From contig JAZDKB010000039.1 in assembly GCA_043803405.1 (NCBI GenBank), positions 1 to 51,307 on the forward strand: a stretch of 51,307 nt of DNA, given 5' to 3'. Origin of the DNA: Spirochaetota bacterium. Its GTDB lineage: Bacteria > Spirochaetota > UBA4802 > JAFGDQ01. The position numbers and the translations under genes were made by a program. Each line of letters starts with the position of its first letter. Within the stretch, counting starts at the first letter, position 1. Of the stretch, positions 21,004-31,792 are shown one piece after another. The notes under the pieces were generated by a model. It had not been told where the DNA came from. It made no database searches and was given only the letters and a program-made list of their open reading frames with translations.

Positions 21004-21191
21004 CTTTTTCTCAAATGATCGAGATTGACATCAAGCTCAACTTTCCCCTGATACTTTTTAATATTACGTATCTTTTCTTTCTGTACCAGGTTTATTAAAG
21101 CAGCTTCTAATACATCTGTTTTTGTTTTAATTTTTGTTATCTTCATTGCATCGCATATAAGTTCTTCCGGAAGTTCAACAGTTGTTCTCAT
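21000..21191 (-). CDS. vapB: VapB-family antitoxin
   Basis: MRTTVELPEEL...KTKTDVLEAAL ribbon-helix-helix pattern; 63 aa. Confidence 0.8.
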   Translation of the reverse strand: MRTTVELPEELICDAMKITKIKTKTDVLEAALINLVQKEKIRNIKKYQGKVELDVNLDHLRKR

Positions 21192-21377
21192 AGCATTCTC
21201 CTCTGTGCATATTATATTTTCAATTGATATATATTATTAATATTATTTATCGAAATCATGAGCTGGACTTGCGACTGTAAGCAAAGGTAAATAATAGCTA
21301 AAATATTTTGAACCACTTATGAATTTTTTAAACAAATTGACCGGGCAAGTATCCGACACATGCAATGTTATGTTTTT

Positions 21378-21770
21378 TTATTTTATAACTTTTAATCCCA
21401 AATGTTGTTCCATGGGATCAAAATCTTTATCGTTATGGATTAGTGGAAAATTATTTTTAATACAAAAGGTAGCAATAATAACATCTATTGTTTTTCGTAC
21501 TGTTATTCCCTGTTTTCTTAATTTCCTAAAATTTTGGGCAGCTTTAAACGCGATTTCTTTACCAACAAAATCAAAATATTCGAGAGAGTTCATGATCTCT
21601 TTTGCCTGATTATAATCCTTTTCATCTTTAAATCCCTGGAGGAATTCTGCTATAATTATATCTCCAGTGATAATTCGATAATTTAGCAATTCTCGATCTA
21701 AAATATCTGTATGTGGAGCGCTTATACCTTTAAAATAATCTATCCAGACTGAAGTATCTGCTACTATCAT
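21378..21770 (-). CDS. vapC: VapC PIN-domain toxin
   Basis: IVADTSVWID, AEFLQG, TIDVIIA, HNDKDFD. Confidence 0.92.
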   Translation of the reverse strand: MIVADTSVWIDYFKGISAPHTDILDRELLNYRIITGDIIIAEFLQGFKDEKDYNQAKEIMNSLEYFDFVGKEIAFKAAQNFRKLRKQGITVRKTIDVIIATFCIKNNFPLIHNDKDFDPMEQHLGLKVIK

Positions 21771-21961
21771 TTGTCTGTTCTCATTTTATTTAGATCACCT
21801 TCCCAGTTAAGCTTTCCGCGATATTTACGAATTTTAGATTGATTCTTCATAGTGATCAATAGCTTAAGCGCTTCCTCAACAGTTTCCTTCTTCGTCTTAT
21901 ATCCCGAAGCATTAATTGCTTTTATCATTAGATTATCGTCGATTACAATATTAGTTCTCAT
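21767..21961 (-). CDS. vapB: VapB-family antitoxin
   Basis: MRTNIVIDDNL...TKKETVEEAL; 4-nt overlap with vapC; GTGTAT..ATACAC inverted repeat upstream. Confidence 0.88.
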   Translation of the reverse strand: MRTNIVIDDNLMIKAINASGYKTKKETVEEALKLLITMKNQSKIRKYRGKLNWEGDLNKMRTDK

Positions 21962-22187
21962 CTCGTTCTCCTGTGTGTATTATTTGATTATAACATACAC
22001 ATTATATGAAATAATTTCAAGTGAGATTTTTATTTCAACGCCTTGAAACATAATACCCCGCCGACACCGCAGGTGGCGGTTGATACATCAGTATCAGGGG
22101 CTTGCCCCGGGAAATTTTATTTTTACTGTACCCTTCTAGAACCTAACATGTTATTATACGGCAATAAGGAGAATAAAATGCATTGCT

Positions 22188-24680
22188 TTACTTCGCCACT
22201 ACGAGCTTCTGTGTAGAATTTAATATGATGCGTCCGTCCCGCGCGCGTTTTGCCTCAAAGCGTATAAAATAAAGTCCCACGCCCAGCTTTTTGCGCGCTT
22301 TGTTCTCGCCCGACCACCCGCCTTCCTTTATGTTCTGGCCGCCTTTGCGAAAACCGTTGTCTATGAGTGTAGCCACAGGCCTGCCTTTCACATCGTGTGC
22401 AGTGATCGTTACGTAAGCATCATCCGAGAGATAATACGCGGGATAGCATACAGGATGTTCATCCGTAAGCACGTTGTTAAGAATACGAGTGGGCCAGGGT
22501 GTAAAGACAGTGGGAGTCTGGACCATGAATGTATATTCAAAATTGTTTGGATCGCCATCAGTGGTAGAGTCAATATCTGAATAAGTTGGGGTACTATTCC
22601 TAATTGATTCAATAACCAATCTGCAATATAATCCTTCTATAAGAAACTGATTATTACTTGGGATATATCCTTGCCAGGTATTAGGACCTGATTTAGAACA
22701 GGAAATTCTAGAATAATTTATTCCTTCTGTTCCGTTAACTGCTGTTCCAGAAACATTAACTAGATTAGTCCCTGTGGTTCCTGATCCATCATCCTGTGCT
22801 AAAATTATGTTTACGTTATCTGGCTGATCCCCGGCAGATACGATATAAGTTGTTACTCTAAGTGAAGATTTTCTGAGCGGTCTTGTTGATGCATTAATAC
22901 TAGCTGCAAACTGAGCATAAGTATAATTAGTAATTCCATCTGTAATTAAAGCTTCAATGGTGGTAGGACTTGTTTGTATTGTGGCAAATCCATAAGTGTT
23001 TGGCGCTCCTGAAAAACAAGCATCGCTAGTGCTTATAGAAGGAGACGCAGCAAGAGGTGGTGAAGTTGATGAGACAGGGTGTTCAACCTCCTGACCAAAT
23101 AGGTCAACAGCCGTAATAAAATAATCATATCTTGTTAGCGGGACAAGGCCGGTTATTGTGGCGGACGGTGTGCCAATAAGACCTAAATTCGCATACCCAA
23201 TAGTACCTGTGTCCACAATAGTCCATATAGAAGCAGTACTTAATTTGTAATATACTCTGTATGTAAAAAAGTCCTCGTCAGGTGCAACTGATACAAGAGG
23301 TGTCCAATTCAATGTAAATGATGTTGCTCCTATAGGATTAACACTTACAAAACCCGTAAACCGCGTCTCACCAACTCCGGGTGCATTATTATCCCCCGGC
23401 GGGTCATTGCGGTCCCAGAGAATAGCAGGGCTGGCCGGCTGAGTAACTCTGCCGGCAACGTTCTGCTCACTATCGAAAACGCTTCCGGAAATTGCTATTA
23501 CCTGATAGGATATTGAAGTTGTTTGCCCTGTGGGTGTTTGAGCAAGCGCCGGGATTGTTACAGTACCGGTGCCGCTCCCGGCACTATCGGCAATCACAAC
23601 AGGAAATGTGTTTGTCCCATCGGATACTGTAATTGTGGTGGTACCAATCATTAGAGCACCACCGAATTGTCTGCTAGCACCGATTGTTATCTGTGTTCCT
23701 GGAACATTTACACTGCGATAAAAAGTAGGCGGAGTTGTAACACCACCTCCGTTAACAAAAGTAATAGTATCAATTTGAACCCGGTCACAGATAAGTCCAA
23801 GGCTATTTTGAGATGTTTCACTTGCTCCCCCGGTGGTCATGCTGGCGACTACAGTCCATGAATGGTTGCCGACGCCCAATGCGGTTGGAACCGCAATGAA
23901 TGACGGCACTGTGAACGAGAGATCATCGTCAGCTATAGTTCGCCATCCGGCTCCGCGATAAGTCGTTAGTCCATCAGTGTATAGTGTTGATAAACTAAGT
24001 TCACCGGGATCAATGGCGTTTATTTTATCTGAAACTGTTGCACCTGTAACGTTATAAACAACAACTCCGGTAACATTAAAAGAACTATGCCATGGATTTA
24101 CATACCCGTCTGCAGCAACTGTAGTAGCTCCGGTATTCTGCGCAAAGCTTGCAACCCATATTGAAGAGCAAACGCCAAAGGAAAAAGTTTTAATATCTGA
24201 ATCGTTTGATGGAGTAGTAGTCTCGTTAACAGTAGCCGTGACGCTGTTCGGGCCTGCGGCAGTTTCCGCCATATTCCACGCAAATGTAATATCGATTTGA
24301 TAGTTAAGGTTTGACCAACTGGATGAGCTGTCGAGGGTAACGGTAGCTGTAGATGAGTCCGTACCTGCTGTGAATACTCCTGTTCCGCCTATAGCGATTG
24401 AGGAGATCGGTATGGTAAATGTTATTGGACCTGTAATTGTAAGAAGAATATTGCCGGTTCCCCAGTATGCCTGATTTGTTGCAGCCGGGTCGGATACCTG
24501 CACCCTAAACCTGTATCCATCGGTTGCAGGTTGATGCCCAGCCAGATAATATGAATTTCCGTTTGAGAGCGTCCTAGGGAGTGCAGGTGTCAGTGTTACT
24601 GATGTAGCAGTAAGCGCAGCATGAAGCGATGCCGCGGGCAGTAAAAGAGCTATTATTAAAAATATAATTTGTTTTTTCAT
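22188..24680 (-). CDS. Large secreted Thr/Ser/Gly-rich protein with an FN3 domain and a C-terminal FlgD-Ig-like domain
   Basis: Signal peptide MKKQIIFLIIALLLPAASLHA; FN3 TLNW...YRVYY...LVPLTRYDYFITAVD; C-terminus VTITAHDVKGRPVATL...WSGEN...GLYFI. Confidence 0.7.
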   Translation of the reverse strand: MKKQIIFLIIALLLPAASLHAALTATSVTLTPALPRTLSNGNSYYLAGHQPATDGYRFRVQVSDPAATNQAYWGTGNILLTITGPITFTIPISSIAIGGTGVFTAGTDSSTATVTLDSSSSWSNLNYQIDITFAWNMAETAAGPNSVTATVNETTTPSNDSDIKTFSFGVCSSIWVASFAQNTGATTVAADGYVNPWHSSFNVTGVVVYNVTGATVSDKINAIDPGELSLSTLYTDGLTTYRGAGWRTIADDDLSFTVPSFIAVPTALGVGNHSWTVVASMTTGGASETSQNSLGLICDRVQIDTITFVNGGGVTTPPTFYRSVNVPGTQITIGASRQFGGALMIGTTTITVSDGTNTFPVVIADSAGSGTGTVTIPALAQTPTGQTTSISYQVIAISGSVFDSEQNVAGRVTQPASPAILWDRNDPPGDNNAPGVGETRFTGFVSVNPIGATSFTLNWTPLVSVAPDEDFFTYRVYYKLSTASIWTIVDTGTIGYANLGLIGTPSATITGLVPLTRYDYFITAVDLFGQEVEHPVSSTSPPLAASPSISTSDACFSGAPNTYGFATIQTSPTTIEALITDGITNYTYAQFAASINASTRPLRKSSLRVTTYIVSAGDQPDNVNIILAQDDGSGTTGTNLVNVSGTAVNGTEGINYSRISCSKSGPNTWQGYIPSNNQFLIEGLYCRLVIESIRNSTPTYSDIDSTTDGDPNNFEYTFMVQTPTVFTPWPTRILNNVLTDEHPVCYPAYYLSDDAYVTITAHDVKGRPVATLIDNGFRKGGQNIKEGGWSGENKARKKLGVGLYFIRFEAKRARDGRIILNSTQKLVVAK

Positions 24681-24928
24681 TGCTATATACAGCGATTCGT
24701 TTAATTTTATTAAATATTTATAAATATCCAATTAAAATAACAAAATAACATCGCTTTTTACAACATTTTTTTATGTTTAATTTAAAAAATTCAAAATAAT
24801 GCGTATCTGAGGATTAAATTTCATGGGAATCATTTAATAAGCTATCATAGGTCATAGAAGCAATCAGATGCTTTTAATCCTGAGAAAAATAGTTTCTCTA
24901 CAATATTTAAGATTTAAAATTAGCACAC

Positions 24929-25168
24929 CTATAAAATCTTTTTTAGTAACTGTTCTTTTGTTATTTTAAAATGATTCGCTACGTCTGTGAGAATTGAATT
25001 TAAAGTGCCGACTTATATGTTTTTATGCGCCGGGATAGTTACGTGGTGTTCGCCATTTTCTTTTGTAGTTAATCTGATGTGACTGCTGGTTTGCCTTGTG
25101 ACAATATAACCAAGTTTCCCAAGCAGTTTTGTGAGGGATAAACCACTGATATCGCGTGGCAATTTCAA
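24929..25168 (-). pseudogene. hicA: hicA toxin with a premature in-frame TAA
   Basis: TTG start overlapping the upstream stop; MKLPRDISG...RQTSSHIRL...HHVTIPAHKNI*VGTLNSILTDVANHF...KKIL; stop at 25013-25015. Confidence 0.85.
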
Positions 25169-25374
25169 AGAGCAATAGCCTCCTCTTTAACAAAGTGAAG
25201 TTTTATTATTTGTGGACTTTCTTTTTCATCAAAATGACACTTTACTGCATCCCTAATGTTTTCTTTTAATTCATCAATATTATCACCTTCTGTAAAAATT
25301 GAATGACCCAGAGCCTTTGCTTCATATCCGTCTTCGATCGATTCTTCAATGTAAAATATAATTTCATTTTTCAT
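25165..25374 (-). CDS. Short HicB-like antitoxin
   Basis: EIIFYIEESIEDGYEAKALGHSIFTEGD...NIRDAVKCHF; coupled to hicA. Confidence 0.8.
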   Translation of the reverse strand: MKNEIIFYIEESIEDGYEAKALGHSIFTEGDNIDELKENIRDAVKCHFDEKESPQIIKLHFVKEEAIAL

Positions 25375-25759
25375 TTGTCCGCCTTTATGTTTAAAAAAAA
25401 TTTGTTTTATCTTTTGGCTGCATTTGATCTTAATGTATTTATTTTTTATTAAAAATCAACAATATTTTTTTCCGGGTAATCATCATTTACAGGTGATTAA
25501 AAAGCTATCCAGGACTTGTTTTTATCCGACCGGCTGCAATTATTATACTGAATAAAGTAAAAAGCGAATCTGAAACGGTGTGGATATGTATTTGTTTGCA
25601 GGATGTCTTATGCAGGTAGATAAAAGAACAGTTCTCTGTATTGTGAAAAAGTTTCTTCTATAGGATAATATACAAAAATAGCTTACAGAAATTAGTAAAA
25701 ATCAGCCGGTTTTTTTATTTTTTAATATATATCTGCTTTATTTATAAAAAAATAATTTC

Positions 25760-25788
25760 TTGACACTACATCATATATGACGTATATT
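25760..25788 (+). promoter_or_regulatory. sigma70 promoter with a palindromic operator in the spacer
   Basis: TTGACA-17nt-TATATT; near-perfect palindrome TACATCATATATGACGTA (25767-25784). Confidence 0.7.
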
Positions 25789-25795
25789 TCATTTA

Positions 25796-26185
25796 ATGGA
25801 AAGCAAATGGCATATCATCTACTATGAAACAGCAAAAGAAGAATGCCCTATCGAGGATTTCATCAATTCAAGAAGTATAAAAAACCGAGCTAAAATATTT
25901 AGCTGGCTTGAACAGCTCGAAGCACATGGACCGAACCTGCCGAGACCTTACGCGGATCTGCTTGAAGACGGGGTCCATGAACTTAGAATAAAACTGTCCG
26001 GGGATCAGGTTAGAATAATTTATTTTTTCTGTTATAAAGATTTCATAATCCTGACCCACTCGTTCATTAAAACTACTGATAAAGTCCCGAAAATCGAAAT
26101 TGAAAAAGCAAAAAAATTCAGATATGACTTTATTGCCAGATACAGCGAAACCGAATTAAGGAGCAAACACAATGAGAACCTTTAA
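25796..26185 (+). CDS. RelE/ParE-superfamily (Gp49/HigB-like) toxin
   Basis: GPNLPRPYADLLEDGVHELRI, RIIYFF, ILTHSFIKTTDKVP. Confidence 0.85.
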   Translation: MESKWHIIYYETAKEECPIEDFINSRSIKNRAKIFSWLEQLEAHGPNLPRPYADLLEDGVHELRIKLSGDQVRIIYFFCYKDFIILTHSFIKTTDKVPKIEIEKAKKFRYDFIARYSETELRSKHNENL

Positions 26186-26429
26186 AAAACAACTGGCCGA
26201 ACAAAAGAAAAATCCAGAATTCGCCAAGGTCTATGATGAAGAAAAAAAAATTATAGAATTAGCAGTGAAGATTGCTGCGGAAAGGAACAAACAGGGGATT
26301 ACACAGGCTGAGCTTGCAAAAAAAGCTCATGTAACTCAGCAACAGCTTTCAAAAGTTGAAAATGGCGCTAATTATACAATTAAAACTTTCTTGAGAATCA
26401 CCGCAGCGCTTAGAATGCATCTACTTTAA
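26172..26429 (+). CDS. XRE HTH antitoxin (HigA-like)
   Basis: GITQAELAKKAHVTQQQLSKVENG; downstream of and overlapping the toxin. Confidence 0.88.
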   Translation: MRTFKKQLAEQKKNPEFAKVYDEEKKIIELAVKIAAERNKQGITQAELAKKAHVTQQQLSKVENGANYTIKTFLRITAALRMHLL

Positions 26430-26626
26430 TCTGTATGCCGGCAGAACCTGCTTTACGGTCACTGCAAACTATATTGAGTGCTTTTGATGCGATCAATAGA
26501 ACGTAATTAACATTTTTCTAATTAATCACCAAAAACAATTGCAGTTTTACACGCGTTTTTATATATTTAGTTGGTAGCTCTTATCAGGTTTGTATTTGTA
26601 ATATTAATGTTTTTACGGTTAGCTAT

Positions 26627-29600
26627 ATGAAAAACTTAAAGAAATATTATCACATAATAACTATTCTGTTTTTATTTTTGCTTGCTTCTTCGTGCGGCAA
26701 AAACGCGTCTACGGTAAATCCGGGGGATTATACTGAGGGCGGAGGCGGTGGTGAGCCGGGGTATTCCTATCCTTATGTAACTGAAGTATATCCGGCGAAT
26801 GCGACAACCGCGCCTATTAATACCGACTATGTTATTCTTTTCAATATACCTGTAAATATTGCTACTTTAACTGATACTAATTTAATTGTAACATCAAACA
26901 TGAGGCCAACGTTGATACAAGGGGTAGATATGGATCTTTATCCCGGATTAAATTACGCGAGATTAGACTTTACTCCAGATTTAAGCTATGGCGAAATTAT
27001 AACTGTCACAACAACTGCAGGGATCCGCGACAGTGCCAATAATATAGCTCTTAATAATCCGCAGTCAAATACTTTTACTGCTGATACCGCACCGGATACG
27101 GCTGATCCGGATGTGAACGCGGGTACAGCAAATCCCGCAAACACCGCAACAGACATAGCAATAAATACGACTGTATCTATCGACTTTGACGAGACAACTA
27201 TTGATCCTTCTACAATCAACAGCAGTACATTTTATCTTGAACGCGTATCCGACAGCACGCTGGTTACTGCAACATATACTTATTCAGCTCCGACAGCCAC
27301 TCTTACTCCATCTGCGGATCTGTTGAACTATACGTGGTATAGGGCCTGGGTAACAACAGGAATTAGAGATCTTTCGGGAAATTACCTCCCGGGAAATTAC
27401 TTCTGGACTTTTAGAACAGTCCAGTTCCCCGATGCACCGTCGGGGAATCCGGGGATTGAAGGTTCACCCTCAATCAGCTCTGTTACAGATGTTTCTGCAA
27501 CAATAAACTGGACAACAAATGAAGCAACAAATTATACAATAAATTACGACACAGGCTCATCTTTCGGTTTAACATCAAGCAGTGCTTCTTATACTACTGT
27601 GCATTCTGTTGCTTTAGGCGCTTTAAACGACGGGAAACGCTATTTTTATAATATCGTATTTGACGACCAGTTCAGCGGAGTCCCTGCAGTAACATCAATC
27701 ACATACCAGTTCAACACAGCAACAGCTGAAACTCCGACTACAATAAGCGGCGGAGCAAACTACCAGATGCTTGCGAGGTATATTCCACGTAAAGCAGGCG
27801 TTACAAATTCGGGAGCTTTTATGTTCTGGTCCGATGTAAATGCTGGTGTTGGACACATCAGCGGCAAACTCTATAACAGTACTTTTACTCAACAATGGTC
27901 GAGCGGTATTTATACTGAAGCTGGACAGACTTATACTTATCAGTCCGCAGTTGAAGACGATGCGGGCGGAGTGATTGTCTTAGCTTCCCACAGTACAGGA
28001 CTTTTCGCGAAACGCTTAAACAGCGGAGGCACCTTTGTAAACTGGGGAACAGATGCTGATCAGGCAACCGATAGAGGTCTGCCTATTAAGCTTACGGCAA
28101 CCGGTACAAAAATATCCGCTGCTCCTGTATACAGTGGATTTTTTACGGCGAGAAGAACTGGCAATGCCACGATGAATATACCGGCAAATCCATTTTATGA
28201 TTTTACTCAAAACTTAATAGCAGGAATCACGGATGGAGATATTGTCTACAATGAGGATACATATGGTGATGCAACTCTTACAAGAAGTACTAACTACAGA
28301 CATGTCATTGGACAAAGTTCAGTTGTAATTACAACAGCTGATCCAAACTATGTTATTGCTGATCAAACTGCTGATGGCAGCGGGACTGCTTTTGACCATC
28401 ATACATATACAACTAATCCAAATGCACTTGTAACTCCTTATGCGAGTGGGAACGATTATGTATATACGGACCATGGAGTAACAACGACAGCTGCTTTGAC
28501 TAATCTAGCAGGATTTGGCGGAAATTTTGCTCGAGTAATTGCTATTACTAACTCTGTAGGTGGAATTACGCGTATATTCAACGGGGTTGAACAAAACAGC
28601 ATAGCAGCACCTCCCATTCATGTTTATGATCCCGGAGCTAACTATACAGGAGTCCCGATTGATGTAGGAGACTACATTCTAAATACGAGTAATCCTTCAG
28701 TAACAACAATTACTGATGTAACCACTGGACATCCTTCCTATCCGACTCCTCCTTATCCAGGCCCAGATGAGTATTTATGGCTAACCAATGATATTTTTAA
28801 TATCACAACCAACGAAAATTACAATATATATGACAGATACTGTCTCGATCATTCATCAGACACTGATCAATTTACAGCATTTGATCAAATACAATTTGAT
28901 AATGCTACAATCAATATAACAGCAGGCAATTCTTACAATATTTATAATACAGGTATTGAAAGTTCAGCACAGAGTCCGCCAAGTAATCCTCTGTTTGTTG
29001 ACGGAGTAGACTTTTCAACAGGCAATGCAGTTATTTCAGGAGATATAGTATTTAATTACGCAACCGGTACTGTTGGTGTAGTAAACAATGATGCATATAG
29101 AGCTTATGGCGCACTTGGAATTAATGGGCCTGCTACTATGTTTTCAGGTACAAATGGATTCAGAATTTTACGATTAGCCACAGGCTATACATTCAGTGAT
29201 ATTATAGATAGCGGGATTGCCGCTGCAGGTACTACTACGACTGTACTGAGAGACGCAACTATCAGCGGAGCTGCAGTAGGCGATGTTGTTTACAATGTCA
29301 CGGATGCTACTCATTCTGTAATTGTATCGATTTCCGCACCAGATTATACTTTAGCGGGTAGTCCATCCTTTGCCGTTAATGATCGTTACATCATTCTAAG
29401 GCCTACTACTGGTATTTTATATGCGTGGGAAGAAGGGACTACTGTTCGCTGGAGGATTTACACTGCTTACGGGACACCGCCTACTCCATTGAATACAGAA
29501 CAAACTATTAATAATGCACGCAATCCGATTGTAATCTCAAATGGATTAGGAAGTGCGTTTATTGTATATGAGGATACAAGTGCTATTAGTGATATCAATG

Positions 29601-30358
29601 CCAGATTAATCAATGCGATTGGTACTGTTGTTTCCAATACTCCTATCGATACAGTTAATAGCAACGAAACAATAGTAAAAGTTATTAGCGATAATACCGG
29701 CGGATTTGTTGTTCTATATAGATTAAACGCAACAAGTGCTCTTCGTGTTCAACGAATAGACAATGCCGGTGCAGCACAATGGGGCGCCGGCGCAGGACTT
29801 GCTGTAGGAAATCCAGCAAACATCGACACTACAACTCCGATTAGTGATGCAGTTGATATAGTTTACGACGGCGCAAATAGTGTAATAGTTGTTGCACAGA
29901 TAGGCAATGATATCTGGGCAAGAAGAGTCGGCACTGTATGGACGGACGGAGCAGTAGCTGCCGGTCAATACATTTCCAATCCTGCAGGCACAAGCATTCA
30001 GCAGAAACCGAAAATCTACACGAACTGGACAGATGCGATCATTACATGGGAAGACAACAGATTCGTAACAGGCTGTGGTTACGGCATATTCGGCATGCGA
30101 ATTGGCGCTGCTACGGGAACAAAAAGCGCTATCGCGACATGGGATGCAGATTCGGATGCTGGCACAGACATGAACGGCGTATCGATCATTTTAAACTCAG
30201 CTAACGGGTACTGGCCTAATGCGCTCATAGTACCGTATAACAATAATGGCAGAGCAAAGCTGATATGGGATGACTGGCGAAACAGCGCTTTAGAGGACAG
30301 TAATATAGAATCATACGACCTGTATGACGGAACTACATGGTTTGCGCCTTACCCATAA
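26627..30358 (+). CDS. Large surface lipoprotein with tandem Ig-like (Big_5/SbsA-type) and FN3-like domains
   Basis: Lipobox LASSC; two ...TTGIRD..GN..L repeats; ATINWTTNEA FN3-like motif; Thr/Asn/Gly-rich. Confidence 0.75.
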   Translation: MKNLKKYYHIITILFLFLLASSCGKNASTVNPGDYTEGGGGGEPGYSYPYVTEVYPANATTAPINTDYVILFNIPVNIATLTDTNLIVTSNMRPTLIQGVDMDLYPGLNYARLDFTPDLSYGEIITVTTTAGIRDSANNIALNNPQSNTFTADTAPDTADPDVNAGTANPANTATDIAINTTVSIDFDETTIDPSTINSSTFYLERVSDSTLVTATYTYSAPTATLTPSADLLNYTWYRAWVTTGIRDLSGNYLPGNYFWTFRTVQFPDAPSGNPGIEGSPSISSVTDVSATINWTTNEATNYTINYDTGSSFGLTSSSASYTTVHSVALGALNDGKRYFYNIVFDDQFSGVPAVTSITYQFNTATAETPTTISGGANYQMLARYIPRKAGVTNSGAFMFWSDVNAGVGHISGKLYNSTFTQQWSSGIYTEAGQTYTYQSAVEDDAGGVIVLASHSTGLFAKRLNSGGTFVNWGTDADQATDRGLPIKLTATGTKISAAPVYSGFFTARRTGNATMNIPANPFYDFTQNLIAGITDGDIVYNEDTYGDATLTRSTNYRHVIGQSSVVITTADPNYVIADQTADGSGTAFDHHTYTTNPNALVTPYASGNDYVYTDHGVTTTAALTNLAGFGGNFARVIAITNSVGGITRIFNGVEQNSIAAPPIHVYDPGANYTGVPIDVGDYILNTSNPSVTTITDVTTGHPSYPTPPYPGPDEYLWLTNDIFNITTNENYNIYDRYCLDHSSDTDQFTAFDQIQFDNATINITAGNSYNIYNTGIESSAQSPPSNPLFVDGVDFSTGNAVISGDIVFNYATGTVGVVNNDAYRAYGALGINGPATMFSGTNGFRILRLATGYTFSDIIDSGIAAAGTTTTVLRDATISGAAVGDVVYNVTDATHSVIVSISAPDYTLAGSPSFAVNDRYIILRPTTGILYAWEEGTTVRWRIYTAYGTPPTPLNTEQTINNARNPIVISNGLGSAFIVYEDTSAISDINARLINAIGTVVSNTPIDTVNSNETIVKVISDNTGGFVVLYRLNATSALRVQRIDNAGAAQWGAGAGLAVGNPANIDTTTPISDAVDIVYDGANSVIVVAQIGNDIWARRVGTVWTDGAVAAGQYISNPAGTSIQQKPKIYTNWTDAIITWEDNRFVTGCGYGIFGMRIGAATGTKSAIATWDADSDAGTDMNGVSIILNSANGYWPNALIVPYNNNGRAKLIWDDWRNSALEDSNIESYDLYDGTTWFAPYP

Positions 30359-30441
30359 TATTGAAAAGGTGTCGGCACAATTGCGTTAATTTTTGGAAGA
30401 CTGGAGAAACGTAAACGCGACAATGCCAGACCTGGTATACC

Positions 30442-31632
30442 TTAAAAACGTATTCCTGTCGGCTTTTTGTTTTTACTGTCCCAGAAAGGCGAAATTTCGA
30501 GCAGCCTTTCGATTATGGCAGGCAGCACGGACAGCGTATAGTCTATCTCTTCTTCAGTAGTGAACCTGCTAAGGCTGAACCTTATGGAACCGTGCGCAGA
30601 AGTAAAGGGAACGCCCATCGCCCTTAAAACGTGCGAAGGCTCAAGCGAGCCGGATGAGCACGCGGAACCCGATGATGCTGCAATGTTTTTTTCGTTCAGG
30701 TAAAGCAGTATCGATTCGCCCTCAATATACTCAAACCCTACATTGGTTGTGTTGGGCACACGCCTGTTTTTTGCGCCGTTAAGCCCGCAGTTCGCAAATT
30801 TTTTAAGTATACCGCTCTCGAGCTTATCACGCAGTTCCTCTATTCTTTGTTCTTTGTCCATATTTTTTAAAACAAGCTCCGCGGCCTTGCCCATGCCTAT
30901 AATGCTGGCCACGTTTTCAGTACCGGGCCGAATGCCCTTTTCCTGATGCCCGCCGTGCAGGAGAGGCTGTATCTTTGTACCCATCTTAATATAAAGCGCA
31001 CCGACTCCTTTCGGAGAATGAAATTTGTGCCCCGAGATAGAAAGCATGTCGCAGTTTATTTTTTTTACATCTATCGGAATTTTACCTACAGCCTGAACAG
31101 CATCTATGTGAAACGGAACATTCTTCTCTTTAAGAAAAGCGCCTATCTCTTCAACAGGGAAAATGACGCCGGTTTCATTATTCGCATACATAATGGAAAC
31201 GACCGCAGTGTCGGCATCCACAGCTTCCTTCAGCTTGTCAAGGTTCAGGAGCCCTTCACGGTCTACAGGTATGTATGTGACGCGGTAACCGTCTCTCTCG
31301 AGCTTTTTGCACAGGTTAAGCACGGCCGGATGCTCAACCCTGGAAGTAATGATATGCTTTTTATCGTGATTCTGCGTCAATACGCCCATGATCGCCATGT
31401 TGTCGCTTTCTGTGCCGCAGCTCGTGAATACGATCTCGCGCTCGTGCTCTGCGCCCAGCATCTCAGCTACCTGCATCCTCGCTTTCGCGATAGATTTCGC
31501 AACGCTGCCTCCGAAATCGTACATGCTCGAAGGATTGCCATAGCGCTCGCAAAAATATGGCAGCATCTCCTCAAGCACAAGCGGGTCAACCATCGTAGTC
31601 GCGTTATTATCAAGATAAATTATTTTTTCCAT
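30442..31632 (-). CDS. nifS: Cysteine desulfurase NifS/IscS
   Basis: YLDNNATT, SGHKFHSPKG, SSGSACSSGSLEPSHVL. Confidence 0.95.
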   Translation of the reverse strand: MEKIIYLDNNATTMVDPLVLEEMLPYFCERYGNPSSMYDFGGSVAKSIAKARMQVAEMLGAEHEREIVFTSCGTESDNMAIMGVLTQNHDKKHIITSRVEHPAVLNLCKKLERDGYRVTYIPVDREGLLNLDKLKEAVDADTAVVSIMYANNETGVIFPVEEIGAFLKEKNVPFHIDAVQAVGKIPIDVKKINCDMLSISGHKFHSPKGVGALYIKMGTKIQPLLHGGHQEKGIRPGTENVASIIGMGKAAELVLKNMDKEQRIEELRDKLESGILKKFANCGLNGAKNRRVPNTTNVGFEYIEGESILLYLNEKNIAASSGSACSSGSLEPSHVLRAMGVPFTSAHGSIRFSLSRFTTEEEIDYTLSVLPAIIERLLEISPFWDSKNKKPTGIRF

Positions 31633-31685
31633 ATAAATAAGCCCTCTCGGAAAGTAACCTCACCTCCATAACATTCCTGCTCATG

Positions 31686-31753
31686 ACCCCTTCTGGCCTG
31701 ACGGCCATCTCCCCCTTAATAAGGGGGAGAAACCGCGAAGCGGCAGAGGGGGT
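31686..31753. repeat. Nested REP-like palindrome between nifU and nifS
   Basis: Outer ACCCCTTCTG/CAGAGGGGGT enclosing GGCC-tgac-GGCC, CTCCCCCTT-aat-AAGGGGGAG and CCGC-gaa-GCGG. Confidence 0.6.
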
Positions 31754-31792
31754 TAATAAAGAATATTACGGGGCGAAGTTTATATATATATT

